IMG/VR virus record: IMGVR_UViG_3300025413_001239
Reading direction: 5' to 3' (one strand)
Length of the DNA stretch: 64,000 bases
From: a virus
Lineage: Duplodnaviria; Caudoviricetes
How positions within the stretch are numbered: the stretch's first letter is position 1; every line of letters starts with the position of its first letter. Positions 46,411 through 57,104 of this stretch are shown here, piece after piece. The notes below the pieces were generated by a model, which was not told where the DNA came from, did not search any database, and worked only from the letters and a program-made list of their open reading frames with translations. A program made the position numbers and the translations under genes.

Positions 46411-48360
46411 ATGATTAAAATAAATGATGTGATAGAAGGAAAAATAAGCGTTAACCATAGTGGTTCCGCTTATTTGGTTAGTGAGCAATCACCAAAGGAT
46501 ATTTATGTTCATAAAAACAATATTAATAAAGCATTTCATTTGGATGTTGTTAAGATTAAAATAGTTAATGGTCGTGGTCGTGAACTTGAAGGTGTCGTTA
46601 CTGAGATAGTTAAAAGATTCAGAGACGAATTTGTTGGTAGTATTCAAATATCAAAAAAACATGCATTCTTTATACCAGATAGTAACAAGATGCCGATAGA
46701 TTTCTTTATACCTCTAACAAAATTAAAAGGTGCTAAAGATGCTCAAAAAGTTGTTGTTAAATTAACATCTTGGAAAGATAACAGTAAAAACCCTAATGGT
46801 GAAGTTATAAAGATTCTAGGTGAAGCTGGTGATAATGAAGTAGAAATTCACTCAATACTCCATGAGTATGATTTACCCTATGACTTTGAACCTGACATTT
46901 TGGCTGAAGCTGAGGCGATATCGAGTGAGATAAGACAGTCTGACATAGATGCTCGTAGAGATATGAGGGATGTACTTACTTTTACAATTGACCCAGTAGA
47001 TGCCAAGGATTTCGATGATGCTTTATCAGTACAATGGGTTAATGGTCAACTTGAAGTTGGTGTTCATATTGCCGATGTATCACATTATTTAAGACCAGAT
47101 ACGGACTTAGATAAAGAAGCTTATCGTAGAGGTACCAGTGTTTACTTAGTTGATAGAGTTGTACCAATGCTTCCAGAAAGGCTTTCTAATGGCTTATGTA
47201 GTCTTAGACCACATGAAGAGAAGTTGTGTTTTTCAGCGATATTTACGCTTGACCAAAATGCAACAATTGTAAATGAATGGTTTGGAAGAACAATTATTAA
47301 TTCTGACCATAGGTTTACATATGAAGGAGCCCAAGAAATAATTGAAGGTAAACCACATTTCTATGAGTCTGATGAACTTGATGTTAATGGTGGATATGTT
47401 AAAACGCTTGGTGGTATGATAAAAGATGCGGTATTAGCTCTTGATAAGTATGCTAAAAAGCTTAGAAAGCAAAGACTTGGTGAAGGTTCAATTACTTTCG
47501 ATAAGCAAGAAATAAGATTCAAATTGGATGAAAACAACAAGCCAGTTGACCTTATATTCAAGATAGCTAAAGACTCAAATCAATTGATTGAAGAATTCAT
47601 GCTTTTAGCGAATAGAAGGGTTGCTTATTTGTTAAATCACAATGATTACCCAGATATCAATCGTGTGCATGAGGAACCAAGTCAAGAAAAGCTTTTAGCA
47701 TTAAAGCAATTTATTAAGCAATTTGGTTATGATATTAAGGTAAATACACCTGAGGAAATAACTTTATCACTTAACAAATTACTTGCTAGTGTTAAGGGTA
47801 AAGCTGAAGAAAACATAGTTTCTAACCTTGTGGTTAGGTCAATGCAGAAAGCGGCTTATTCTACAAAGAACTTAGGTCATTATGGTCTTGGATTTGAAGA
47901 TTACGCTCATTTCACCAGTCCAATTAGAAGATATCCAGACGTAATGGTGCACAGACTTCTAGGACGCTATTTAGAGGCTAAAGCAGCCCCTAAATTAGAT
48001 AAGTTGGAGTCAAGGTGCCAATACTTATCTGAACGTGAAAGAAAGGCTCAAAAAGCTGAAAGAGATAGCATCAAGTATATGCAATGCATATATATGAGTG
48101 AAAGAATTGGTAATGTTTATAAAGGACTTATCACTTCGGTTACTGATTATGGTATGTTTATAACAATTTGTGAAAATAATTGTGAGGTATTGGTAAAATT
48201 AACATCAATCAATGGAACTTGGTTGGTGGATTTAAAAAAATATCAAATAGTTGAATTTGACACTAAAGAAAAAATAAGATTAGGTGATTATGTTCATGTA
48301 GTTATTACTAAAGTTGATGTTGAAAAAAAGAATATTGATGCATCAATTATGCTTCTCTAA
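46411..48360 (+). CDS. rnr: ribonuclease R
   Basis: TIDP.DAKDFDDA, VHIADV, HFTSPIRRYPD, C-terminal S1. Confidence 0.95.
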   Translation: MIKINDVIEGKISVNHSGSAYLVSEQSPKDIYVHKNNINKAFHLDVVKIKIVNGRGRELEGVVTEIVKRFRDEFVGSIQISKKHAFFIPDSNKMPIDFFIPLTKLKGAKDAQKVVVKLTSWKDNSKNPNGEVIKILGEAGDNEVEIHSILHEYDLPYDFEPDILAEAEAISSEIRQSDIDARRDMRDVLTFTIDPVDAKDFDDALSVQWVNGQLEVGVHIADVSHYLRPDTDLDKEAYRRGTSVYLVDRVVPMLPERLSNGLCSLRPHEEKLCFSAIFTLDQNATIVNEWFGRTIINSDHRFTYEGAQEIIEGKPHFYESDELDVNGGYVKTLGGMIKDAVLALDKYAKKLRKQRLGEGSITFDKQEIRFKLDENNKPVDLIFKIAKDSNQLIEEFMLLANRRVAYLLNHNDYPDINRVHEEPSQEKLLALKQFIKQFGYDIKVNTPEEITLSLNKLLASVKGKAEENIVSNLVVRSMQKAAYSTKNLGHYGLGFEDYAHFTSPIRRYPDVMVHRLLGRYLEAKAAPKLDKLESRCQYLSERERKAQKAERDSIKYMQCIYMSERIGNVYKGLITSVTDYGMFITICENNCEVLVKLTSINGTWLVDLKKYQIVEFDTKEKIRLGDYVHVVITKVDVEKKNIDASIMLL

Positions 48361-49072
48361 ACCCTTTAGACAAATTATCATACCACCATAACGGTTGTAA
48401 ATTGGATAATGCATTTACAATCTTTATATCCGTATTTTTATCGAATGTTGAAACTGGTTTAATATGGTCGATGTGCCATTCACCATAATTATCCCAAGTC
48501 ATATCTTCAGTAAATAACTTTTCAATATGATTTTTTAACTCTAAAGCTGAATAACCAAGTATATCAACTGTATTTTTCTCTTTCTTTTTATTAAATCTTC
48601 TTAATACAGATTTCAATGAACTTCTCCAAGCTCTTATATGTGGATTTTTTAAATCATATTGTTTTTTATATTCAGCAATTTTTTCTTTGTTGTTTTGTCT
48701 ATATTCTTTTTGGTATTCCAATATATGTGATTTATTTTTTACATAATCTTCTTTTTTTAGCCTCTTAATTATTTCAGGATTTGAATCTCTATAGTTTTTA
48801 CGATTAGTACTAATAATATTTCGATTAAGCTTATAATATTCTAGATTTGTTTTTTTAATGCTATCAGATTCTTTCAAATATTTAATTTTTGATTTTTCAC
48901 TTAATCTTTCTTTGTTTTTTTTATAAAAATTTTGTTTATCGATACTTATACAATTTTTACAAATTTTTTTATAACCATCAATAAAATTTTTATTTTTGTG
49001 AAATTCACAAAAATCTTTTTTTTTATTACATTTTACACATTTTTTCATAATTACTTTTATTATAAATATCAC
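48347..49072 (-). mobile_element. HNH endonuclease (WHIDH family) at the rnr 3' end
   Basis: N-terminal CxxC/CxxC; WDNYGEWHIDHIKP...LSNLQPLW. Confidence 0.85.
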
Positions 49073-49118
49073 CTAAAATGAAAAAGTTCGGTGTTTTTAT
49101 TGAAATTATTTGTGAAAA

Positions 49119-49340
49119 CCATTTTTTTATGGTATATTTGTTGAAGTATCAGAAAATAAATCTGAAGGTTTAATTAAACTAACAGATATTTCTGGTGATA
49201 CTTATAGTGTCGATATGAAGAATTATTGTGTTAGAGGTTTTAACACTGGTCGAGTATTAAGACTTGGGGATGAGGTTTTTATTAGTGTTGTAAGTGTTGA
49301 CATTGAGAAAAAAAATATTAACTTTGCACTTATAAATTAA
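49119..49340 (+). pseudogene. displaced RNase R S1 domain
   Basis: Manual translation FYGIFVEVSENKSEGLIKL...RLGDEV...DIEKKNINFAL*, parallel to the rnr C-terminus. Confidence 0.75.
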
Positions 49341-49345
49341 AGATT

Positions 49346-49651
49346 ATGATAGATTTTAAAACGAACATTTTAGTTTGTGATTGCAACAGTGCTGAACATC
49401 AATTATTAGTTAGATACTTTGAAGATGATACTGATGGTGAAGTGTATGTTGAAACACACTTAACAAAAAAGCCACTTTTAGAAAGGCTAATTTACGGTAT
49501 CAAGTATATCTTCGGTTATCAATCAAGATTTGGTGCTTTTGATGAGGTTGTATTAGGTCCTCAGCACATAAACAGCTTACAATCTGTAATTGACCATTTA
49601 AAGAAAATTGAGGGTGAGAAATTACAAACCGATATGTTTAATGACAGATGA
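49346..49651 (+). CDS. hypothetical protein
   Basis: 101 aa, C.C...EH motif. Confidence 0.7.
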   Translation: MIDFKTNILVCDCNSAEHQLLVRYFEDDTDGEVYVETHLTKKPLLERLIYGIKYIFGYQSRFGAFDEVVLGPQHINSLQSVIDHLKKIEGEKLQTDMFNDR

Positions 49652-50081
49652 GATTCTAATAAATAATTTTTTAACCAGACATTATGATGTAATCATTAAT
49701 AATGGTGAATTTTGTTTTCGGGATAAGTCATCAAAACAAACCCTTAAAATCGGTGAGCTTTCAATAGTATTTTCTAAAATTTTCAGTTATGATAAAACTG
49801 ATGATTTAAAAAAACCGATGGAGATTGCTAAACTTTGGTTAGAAAGCAAGAGAATTGAATTAACTAAAATTATTAACGGTTATTTAGCCGATTATAAAGT
49901 TATATTAAATAAATCTGATTGGGAAGTTAGAGATAAAGAAAATAATTTAGTAACAAATGAAACAATAATGAAATTAGCTACTAACGGTTCTATTGGTATG
50001 TTTTACGTATCAATATTTGAAGAATGGTTAGATAATGAAATACTTATTGTTTCGTTAAAATTAATGGATGAATATGATTAA
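49641..50081 (+). CDS. hypothetical protein
   Basis: Coupled ORF. Confidence 0.65.
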   Translation: MTDEILINNFLTRHYDVIINNGEFCFRDKSSKQTLKIGELSIVFSKIFSYDKTDDLKKPMEIAKLWLESKRIELTKIINGYLADYKVILNKSDWEVRDKENNLVTNETIMKLATNGSIGMFYVSIFEEWLDNEILIVSLKLMDEYD

Positions 50082-50778
50082 ACTTATTTTTATAAGCGAT
50101 ACTCATGGTAAGCATCGTGATTTAGATAATGATTTAAAGGCCTTAGGTTATGATAATGAAACAATTATTATACATGCTGGTGACTGCACTAATACTGGTA
50201 AATCATATGAGTTGGTAAACTTTTTGGGTTGGTTTGGTGATTTACCTTATAAACATAAGGTTTTTATTGCTGGTAACCATGATTTTTGTTTTGAGTCGAG
50301 TACTTCAAGTCCAAATGTATATCCTAACATTTCACAAGAATTTAAAGATAAGGGTATTACATATCTAATGGATGAAATGGTTGAAATTGAAGGTTTAAAA
50401 ATATATGGTAGTCCTTGGCAACCAGAATTTTATGATTGGGCGTTTAATGTAAAGCGTGGTGAAGCCATTGCGCAAAAATGGGTTAAAATACCAGAGGATT
50501 TAGATGTGCTTATTACGCATGGTGGTCCATATGGTATTTTAGATTATACCTATACTGGAGTTAGGGTTGGTTGTGAAGAACTTTATAAAAAAGTGATGAA
50601 GGTTCGTCCAAAGATACATGCATTCGGACACATACATTATGCTTATGGTTATAAAGAATTTGATGGAATGTCATTCATTAATGCTGCTAGTTTAGGTGAA
50701 AATTATGAATATCAAAACAAACCAATAATGTTAATATTAGATGATGATAAAAATATAATTGATATAAAAGTAAATTAA
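50068..50778 (+). CDS. metallophosphoesterase (MPPED-like)
   Basis: ISDTH, HAGD, GNHD, YGSPWQPEF, THGGP, FGHIH. Confidence 0.9.
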   Translation: MNMIKLIFISDTHGKHRDLDNDLKALGYDNETIIIHAGDCTNTGKSYELVNFLGWFGDLPYKHKVFIAGNHDFCFESSTSSPNVYPNISQEFKDKGITYLMDEMVEIEGLKIYGSPWQPEFYDWAFNVKRGEAIAQKWVKIPEDLDVLITHGGPYGILDYTYTGVRVGCEELYKKVMKVRPKIHAFGHIHYAYGYKEFDGMSFINAASLGENYEYQNKPIMLILDDDKNIIDIKVN

Positions 50779-50829
50779 TTTGATTTTTAATCAAATTATT
50801 TTGTATATTTGCACATCAATTTAATTATT

Positions 50830-51267
50830 ATGAACATTATTAACAAGAAAAAGGACGCATATTTTGAGTATGAAATACTTGATAAATTTACTGCTGGTAT
50901 CGTTTTAATGGGTACTGAGGTAAAGTCAATCAGAGAATCTAAAGTTTCAATCTCTGAAGCTTATTGTACAATTATTAACGGTGAAATTTTTATACTGGGT
51001 ATGCACATTTCTGATTATAAGAAAATAAAGCATACCAATCATGCACCATTACGCAATCGTAAACTTCTTTTGAATAGAAAGGAAATTGATAAATTATCCA
51101 AATCAATCAAAGAAAAGGGTTTAACAATTGTTCCATTATGTGTTTTTATATCTGATACTGGGTTAATTAAGATTGAAATCGGTTTAGGTAGAGGTAAAAA
51201 AGTCTACGATAAAAGAAACAGTATAAAAGAAAAAGACCAAAAAAGAAGTTTGGAACGAAATTATTAA
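50830..51267 (+). CDS. smpB: SsrA-binding protein
   Basis: AGIVL.GTEVKSIR, RKLLL.RKEI, GLT.VPL, GRGKK.YDKR. Confidence 0.95.
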   Translation: MNIINKKKDAYFEYEILDKFTAGIVLMGTEVKSIRESKVSISEAYCTIINGEIFILGMHISDYKKIKHTNHAPLRNRKLLLNRKEIDKLSKSIKEKGLTIVPLCVFISDTGLIKIEIGLGRGKKVYDKRNSIKEKDQKRSLERNY

Positions 51268-51324
51268 AATAAATTTGGTTAATAACTTTTTTACCCTTAC
51301 ATTTGCATAAAATTTATAATAACT

Positions 51325-52173
51325 ATGAAAGTATTTAGAATACAAGACAAGATTACGTCTAGAGAAACTGGTACATTTAAGCAATACTTAAATGACATTG
51401 CAAACATTAAGCCATTTACACCTTCTGAAGAAGAAGCATGCGCAAAAATGGCTGCTATGGGTGATAAAGCGGCTATTGACGAGTTGGTAACACGTAATTT
51501 AAGATTTGTAGTAACAGTTGCTAAGCAATACGAAACATCAACCATAAGCCTAGAGGATTTGGTTAATGAGGGTAATATTGGATTAATACTTGCCGCTGAG
51601 AAGTATAATTTAACCATGGGCTTTAAGTTTATCACTTACGGTGTATTCTGGATTAGAAAACTAATCTTGGAATATCTATCCAATCATAGCAAATTAATCA
51701 GGCTACCAACCAATAAAATTTCTAACATTAGCAAATTAACACAAAAGGTTAATGCGTTAGAACAAAGCCTAGGTCGTGAGGTTGATATTACTGAAGTAAA
51801 CTATGCTTCTGATTCAGACCTATCTGATGAAGATATTTTAGAACTTCAAAGAATATCAAATATTAGTTTTGAATCATTTGATTCACCATTAGATGGTGAT
51901 GAAGTTGGTTCTCGTTATGATTTTATTGCTAATACTAACGAAAAAACAACTGACCACATTGTGCTTGATACAGACTTAAAGAATCAAATTAATGATATAT
52001 TAAATATTCTTAAGCCTAGGGATAAAAAGGTTATGATTTCTTTGTTTGGTTTAGATGGTTCAAATCCATTAACCCTAAAAGAAGTTAGTGAAGATGTTGG
52101 GTTAACTAGTGAGATGGTTAGAAAAATTAAGGAAAGCAGTCTTGTTAAACTTAGAAATAAGTTTACGTTATAG
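51325..52173 (+). CDS. sigma70-family RNA polymerase sigma factor
   Basis: NLRFVV..AKQY, DL..EGNIGL, KFITY..FWIR, LTL.EV....GL..E.VR. Confidence 0.92.
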   Translation: MKVFRIQDKITSRETGTFKQYLNDIANIKPFTPSEEEACAKMAAMGDKAAIDELVTRNLRFVVTVAKQYETSTISLEDLVNEGNIGLILAAEKYNLTMGFKFITYGVFWIRKLILEYLSNHSKLIRLPTNKISNISKLTQKVNALEQSLGREVDITEVNYASDSDLSDEDILELQRISNISFESFDSPLDGDEVGSRYDFIANTNEKTTDHIVLDTDLKNQINDILNILKPRDKKVMISLFGLDGSNPLTLKEVSEDVGLTSEMVRKIKESSLVKLRNKFTL

Positions 52174-52750
52174 GGTTATGTACACAATATTTCTTTATGT
52201 CTCGATTAACCTTAGAACATAATGGTTGTAAATTAGAATAGTGGTTTAATCGAAGTAATTCAATTTCATTAATCGCTGAGTCTAAGGGTATTATATGGTC
52301 AATATCCCAACCATAATTTAATTCACCATTATATAACCCACGATTATTCCAATTCATCCATGGTTCAAATTTTGATTCTAAATATAATTTAAAATCATCG
52401 TAAGAGCATCCAAGTATTTTTTCTGTTTTTGATAATTTTTTAAAATTATTATGTCTTAATGAGTTTCCGATTAAATTTCTTATATTAGTTTTTAATTTGA
52501 ATAAGGTATCATTATTACGTTTTACCTTATAATATTCGTTAAGTTTATTTTTATTTTCCTTAGCCCATTTTTTTGAGCTATCTAAGATTTTATCTTTATT
52601 TGTTTCGTAATACGCTTTTTTACTTTCTTTAATTTTATCTCGATTGTTCTCTAAGTATTTTCTTCTTTTTTCTTTATTAGCTGCTTGATATGCTTTATCA
52701 TAAATTCGTTTAGCCTCTTTTTTTTCCTCTAATGTTAATTCTTTTTTCAT
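52163..52750 (-). mobile_element. HNH endonuclease (WHIDH family) flanked by a 16-bp inverted repeat
   Basis: WDIDHIIP..LNHYSNLQPL; GGGTTATGTACACAAT (52173-52188) and ATTGTGTACATAACCC (52817-52832). Confidence 0.85.
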
Positions 52751-52886
52751 AATATTCCTTTATTATAAATATTATGAAATGTACGAAAAAATAAAATATT
52801 TATTGTTTTGTACACAATTGTGTACATAACCCCTTATTTTTTATTTTTTTTTATCTATCGCTGATATTTATTAATAAAGATATTTT

Positions 52887-53261
52887 ATGGATAAAAAGGA
52901 AATTAAAATAAAATTAAAAGAAGGTATTACCGCATATTTACAATTGGTCGAAGCTAATAAGAAATCTGAAAAATCAGAGAAAAAAGAAAAATCTGATAAT
53001 AAGGATGGTCCTCAAAAAGGAACCAAAAGTAAATCTGGTAAAAAAGAATACGCTGACGTACAAAGGTCATTTAAAAAACTAGGTGGACCTAGCATGGTTG
53101 ACATCATGATTATGACTGGTATTCCAGATGACGACAAAGGTACTAACCGTTCCTTATTTAGAAAGAAAGTCTTACAAAAAAAGAACAAAGATACTGGTTC
53201 ATACTATCAGTTTGATGATGAAGAACTAGCAAAGGTTAGGGCAGCAATAGATTCTCAATAA
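52887..53261 (+). CDS. hypothetical basic protein
   Basis: N-terminal KLKE motif, ATATTTAT upstream. Confidence 0.75.
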   Translation: MDKKEIKIKLKEGITAYLQLVEANKKSEKSEKKEKSDNKDGPQKGTKSKSGKKEYADVQRSFKKLGGPSMVDIMIMTGIPDDDKGTNRSLFRKKVLQKKNKDTGSYYQFDDEELAKVRAAIDSQ

Positions 53262-53296
53262 GCACAAGAAACCTTGAAACTTATAGACATACAAAT

Positions 53297-53324
53297 AAAA
53301 TCCTCACAAATTGTGGGGATTTTT
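53297..53324. terminator. intrinsic terminator
   Basis: AAAATCCTCACA-aat-TGTGGGGATTTT. Confidence 0.75.
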
Positions 53325-53390
53325 CATTTTAACCTGCGAATATACGAAAAATACTTTAAATAAAAAAACCCCATTTCTGAGGTTTTAAAT

Positions 53391-53711
53391 TTATTCGGTT
53401 GGTTTAGTTGTAGTATCTGTTGTAGTATCGGTTTGTGTATCTGGTTTTGTAGTATCTGGAGCATTTTTAGTTAAGCCCTTTATACTAAATTTATCAACTG
53501 TATCGGCACCAATACCCACTATTGCTAATAAAAGAACAGCATTAACAATAACATCTTCTAATTTTAGGTCTGATTTATAACAATTTATAAATAAAATAAT
53601 ACAAAGTGTTAAAGCGCAAATTAAACCAACAACTGGTTTAATTGAAGTTGAACCTCTTTCGTCACGAAATAAATCCTGCAACCAAGATATAAAACCCATT
53701 TTTTCTTTCAT
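53391..53711 (-). CDS. two-TM membrane protein (holin-like)
   Basis: Two hydrophobic helices, charged tail; function inferred. Confidence 0.5.
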   Translation of the reverse strand: MKEKMGFISWLQDLFRDERGSTSIKPVVGLICALTLCIILFINCYKSDLKLEDVIVNAVLLLAIVGIGADTVDKFSIKGLTKNAPDTTKPDTQTDTTTDTTTKPTE

Positions 53712-53783
53712 ATAACTAATTTAATAATAAATATCAAAGTATTTAAAAAAAACTTTTGGTAATTTGAAAACTATTCGTATATT

Positions 53784-54602
53784 TTATATTATATCACGTT
53801 TAACCCACCTATTAACATAACTACATAACGGCTTGAGGTTTGTATAATGGTTTAATTTAACCACATCCTCTTCTGTTATAGCAGTTGTTACAGGAATGAT
53901 ATGGTCAATATCCCATGTCTTATTCGGTTCAAATAAACCGTCTTTAGGGTTACCGTAATTATCCCAATTCATCCATGATTCCCATTGAGATTCTAAGTGA
54001 AGTTTAAATTCATCAAATGAACATCCAAGTATTTTTTCTGATTTAAGTGATTTTTTAAAGCCTTTATTTTTAATTGACGAGCGAATTAATTGCCTAATAT
54101 TAGTTTTTATTCGGAAGAGTGGTTCTGTTTGTTTACGTTCCCTATTTCTAGCATTACGTTTATCCTTATCACCCTTAAATTTTTCTTTATTAGCCTGATA
54201 ATACGTTTTATTGTAAGCGGCTCTTTCTTCGGGTGTTTTTGATTTTTTTACTTTAGGTAATTTATTTAATTTAACTAAACTACGTTGTTCTTTTAATCTT
54301 TGATTACGTTTTATTTTATTTTCTTCTTTACTGCTATATATTTTATTTATGCTCGATATTTTAGATTTATTAACTTCTCGATATTCCTTGGCTTTTTTTG
54401 TTATCTTTTCTTTATTAGCCTCACGGTAATTTTTTTGTAATTCAATTAATTTAACTTTGTTAGCTTCACACCAAGCTTTTCGTTGTTCAGCTATTTTTTC
54501 TTTATTAGCTTTACGCCATTGTTTTTGCTGTTCAGCTAATTTTTCTTTGTTAGCTTCACGCCAAGCTTTTCGTTGTTCAGCTATTTTTTCTTGTTTTGTC
54601 AT
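53784..54602 (-). mobile_element. HNH endonuclease (WHIDH family) with N-terminal tandem repeats
   Basis: EKIAEQRKAWREANK-type 15 aa repeats; WDIDHIIP..LNHYTNLKPL. Confidence 0.85.
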
Positions 54603-54696
54603 AAAATAAATTTGTTTGTTTCGTTATTAAGTATTACATTTGCACTCTATTAATAAATATCACGAAAAAATAAAAAAGTTATCTAAAACAAATTTT

Positions 54697-55305
54697 ATGT
54701 TAGAGGAATTAGTAAAAAAAGAACTTGAGTTTGACTTAATCAAAGTTTTAAATGTGATTGAAAGTGATGAAGACCTTGATGAAATATTTAGGGATGGTAG
54801 ATTTACCACACCATATAATATGCTATATACTATGGCATCACAAAATGCTTTACCTGAGGAAATGCTTGAAAGAGCAACTGGTATCTTTGAACACATAATA
54901 CTTAAAAATCAAAAGCCTAAAATGGCTTATTGTAAATTTTTAAGAGAAAAAACAAAAACTGAAGTTTTAGATACGGCTGTTATCAACGAACCATTAGTTG
55001 AATCCGTAGAAACAACACCAGAAGAGACTTCAGAAGAAGAAGAAGACAAATCTAAATACAAGTTACCAAAGCATTATGGTAAAGAGCGTATCTTAAAGGA
55101 CATTGAAGAAAACAATGGTAAAACTGAGTTAGATACTGCGATGCTTGCTTTGAATGACTTTAGAAACATCTATGCAAAATTAAAGAATCGTTGCATTAAG
55201 GATAAACTTAGAGGTACAAGTATTCTAACTCAAGCTGATTGCAGGGATATTGTTGCTGTTCTTAGAATAGTTGAAAACAAATTGGGTCACATCGCAAAAA
55301 AATAA
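54697..55305 (+). CDS. hypothetical protein
   Basis: Probable start MLEELVKK. Confidence 0.7.
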   Translation: MLEELVKKELEFDLIKVLNVIESDEDLDEIFRDGRFTTPYNMLYTMASQNALPEEMLERATGIFEHIILKNQKPKMAYCKFLREKTKTEVLDTAVINEPLVESVETTPEETSEEEEDKSKYKLPKHYGKERILKDIEENNGKTELDTAMLALNDFRNIYAKLKNRCIKDKLRGTSILTQADCRDIVAVLRIVENKLGHIAKK

Positions 55306-55307
55306 AT

Positions 55308-55643
55308 ATGGAATTAGTCAAGGAATTATTCGATGTTTTTAGTCGTATCAGTGCTGAAACAAAAGTTAAAACAGCTGAGCATTCGGCGATTGATTCAGAA
55401 CTTAGTCAATGTTATCACAAGATTGAAGGTATGAAATTAGACCATGTTGCTAAGTCACATAATGCCATCAAGGAACTACAAGATGTGCTTAGAAGACGTA
55501 GACGGATAAAACACGAAGCATCGACATTACAGATAATGCATACTAATCTAGCACCATCAATGCAAAATCTTAGTGATAAACTAAAAGCATCTAAAGCTAA
55601 GCAGGAAAAGCTGTTAACGGACCTAGAAAAAAATTCCTATTAA
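55308..55643 (+). CDS. hypothetical coiled-coil protein
   Basis: 111 aa ORF. Confidence 0.7.
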   Translation: MELVKELFDVFSRISAETKVKTAEHSAIDSELSQCYHKIEGMKLDHVAKSHNAIKELQDVLRRRRRIKHEASTLQIMHTNLAPSMQNLSDKLKASKAKQEKLLTDLEKNSY

Positions 55644-55693
55644 AATTGTGAATATTCAAGTATTTTACATATATTTGCATTAAATTTATAATT

Positions 55694-56041
55694 ATGAAAG
55701 AAAATAAAGGTTTAGAGTTAGCAGAAAAATTAACGGATTATGTTAATACGTTTTCAATGAGTGAAAAGACTAAGGACTTCATCGAGGGTTTTAATCGTCA
55801 ACACAGAACACTTCAACAATCTTCATTTAGATTGATACTCTCCTTGATTGAGAATATCGCCAGTGATGATTTTCGTGTTGATGGTCGTAATGAGGCTAGT
55901 AAAAAAGTTGCGAAGATGCTTCTAAGCGGTTTTCAAGCGGAATATCATAAGGAGCTTATAGCTACTGGCATTTCTGAGGAAGCTGCCAAGAAGTACATCG
56001 GTCCAGATTTCAAACCAAGTAAACACTTACCATTCATATGA
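55694..56041 (+). CDS. hypothetical protein
   Basis: HRTLQQS motif; behind a TATATTTG promoter. Confidence 0.7.
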   Translation: MKENKGLELAEKLTDYVNTFSMSEKTKDFIEGFNRQHRTLQQSSFRLILSLIENIASDDFRVDGRNEASKKVAKMLLSGFQAEYHKELIATGISEEAAKKYIGPDFKPSKHLPFI

Positions 56042-56146
56042 TAACAGTTATTTTAGTATTCATGTTTTCACATATAACCTATGCTGAAACACTTAATGAT
56101 AAATCACTTATCCCTAAAATCTTAAGGGGTAAATAAAACTTATAGT

Positions 56147-56512
56147 ATGCTAATAAAAGAAAAAAAAGTCACTGAAGATGATTTTTATGATAAGTATCGA
56201 CCTATCAAAAATCACTTAGACCCTGATGCTGGTTGGGATGGGTGTTTATATGAGACATTTTCGGATGAATTGGAATATTGTTTTGAGTTATCTAAAAAAG
56301 AAAATAGAGTATGGACAATACTTGAATGTGATGATATTGAACATGAGGCCGATGATGAATTAGATGATATTTTTGATGAAAATCAAGATGATGATTATGA
56401 ACCAACGTGTTTTGTTATTGTCTCTGGATTTCATTATGTTAATCGTATTGGATTCTTTGTTACTGAAATACCTTATGAAGATAATGAAGATATTTATATT
56501 AAATTAACATAA
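56147..56512 (+). CDS. acidic hypothetical protein
   Basis: YETF..EL, VWT, SGFHYVNRIGFFVT. Confidence 0.7.
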   Translation: MLIKEKKVTEDDFYDKYRPIKNHLDPDAGWDGCLYETFSDELEYCFELSKKENRVWTILECDDIEHEADDELDDIFDENQDDDYEPTCFVIVSGFHYVNRIGFFVTEIPYEDNEDIYIKLT

Positions 56513-56853
56513 TGAAAAATACACTCATTGGTTGTATATATGGTCTCATCGCTCAATTCCTAACATTTATTCAACTACAAGGTAACGTAAAATATCATCT
56601 ATATGAGAAATACCCATTTTGGACGTTAGCTTTAAGTATACCAATAAGCTGGTTATATATTCAATCAGTCGATTACTTAGTTAAGAGCTTTAATGGTGAG
56701 ATTTTTCCTAGTCGCTTTATTGGTTTTAGTATAGGTATGATTGTTTTCACTTCGATGGCGTTAATATTATTTAAAGAACCAATTACATTAAAGACATTTA
56801 TTTGTATGGTTTTATCATTTGGAATATTTGCAATTCAACTTTTTATTAAATAA
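56512..56853 (+). CDS. small multi-TM protein (DMT/EamA-like)
   Basis: Four hydrophobic segments, FKEPIT motif. Confidence 0.6.
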   Translation: MKNTLIGCIYGLIAQFLTFIQLQGNVKYHLYEKYPFWTLALSIPISWLYIQSVDYLVKSFNGEIFPSRFIGFSIGMIVFTSMALILFKEPITLKTFICMVLSFGIFAIQLFIK

Positions 56854-57103
56854 ATTTTCTATAACCAAAGGATTAATCATTCCAGAGGATATGATGAGAA
56901 CAATCATCACATATGATTATAGAAATAAAATGGATGTTGTATCTGGTGAAAGAATCCGTGATGAATTGTATAAGTGTTTAAAATATAACACAATTGATAC
57001 ATTAGATTACTTGGGTGATTTCCCTAAATTGAGAAACTATATATTCACAAGGGTTAAAGCAGATAACAATCCATTATGGCTTGAACCAACATTTAAATTA
57101 TAA
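56852..57103 (+). pseudogene. C-terminal remnant of CCA-adding enzyme/poly(A) polymerase
   Basis: VSGERIRDELYK motif; catalytic head domain absent. Confidence 0.6.
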
Positions 57104-57104
57104 T

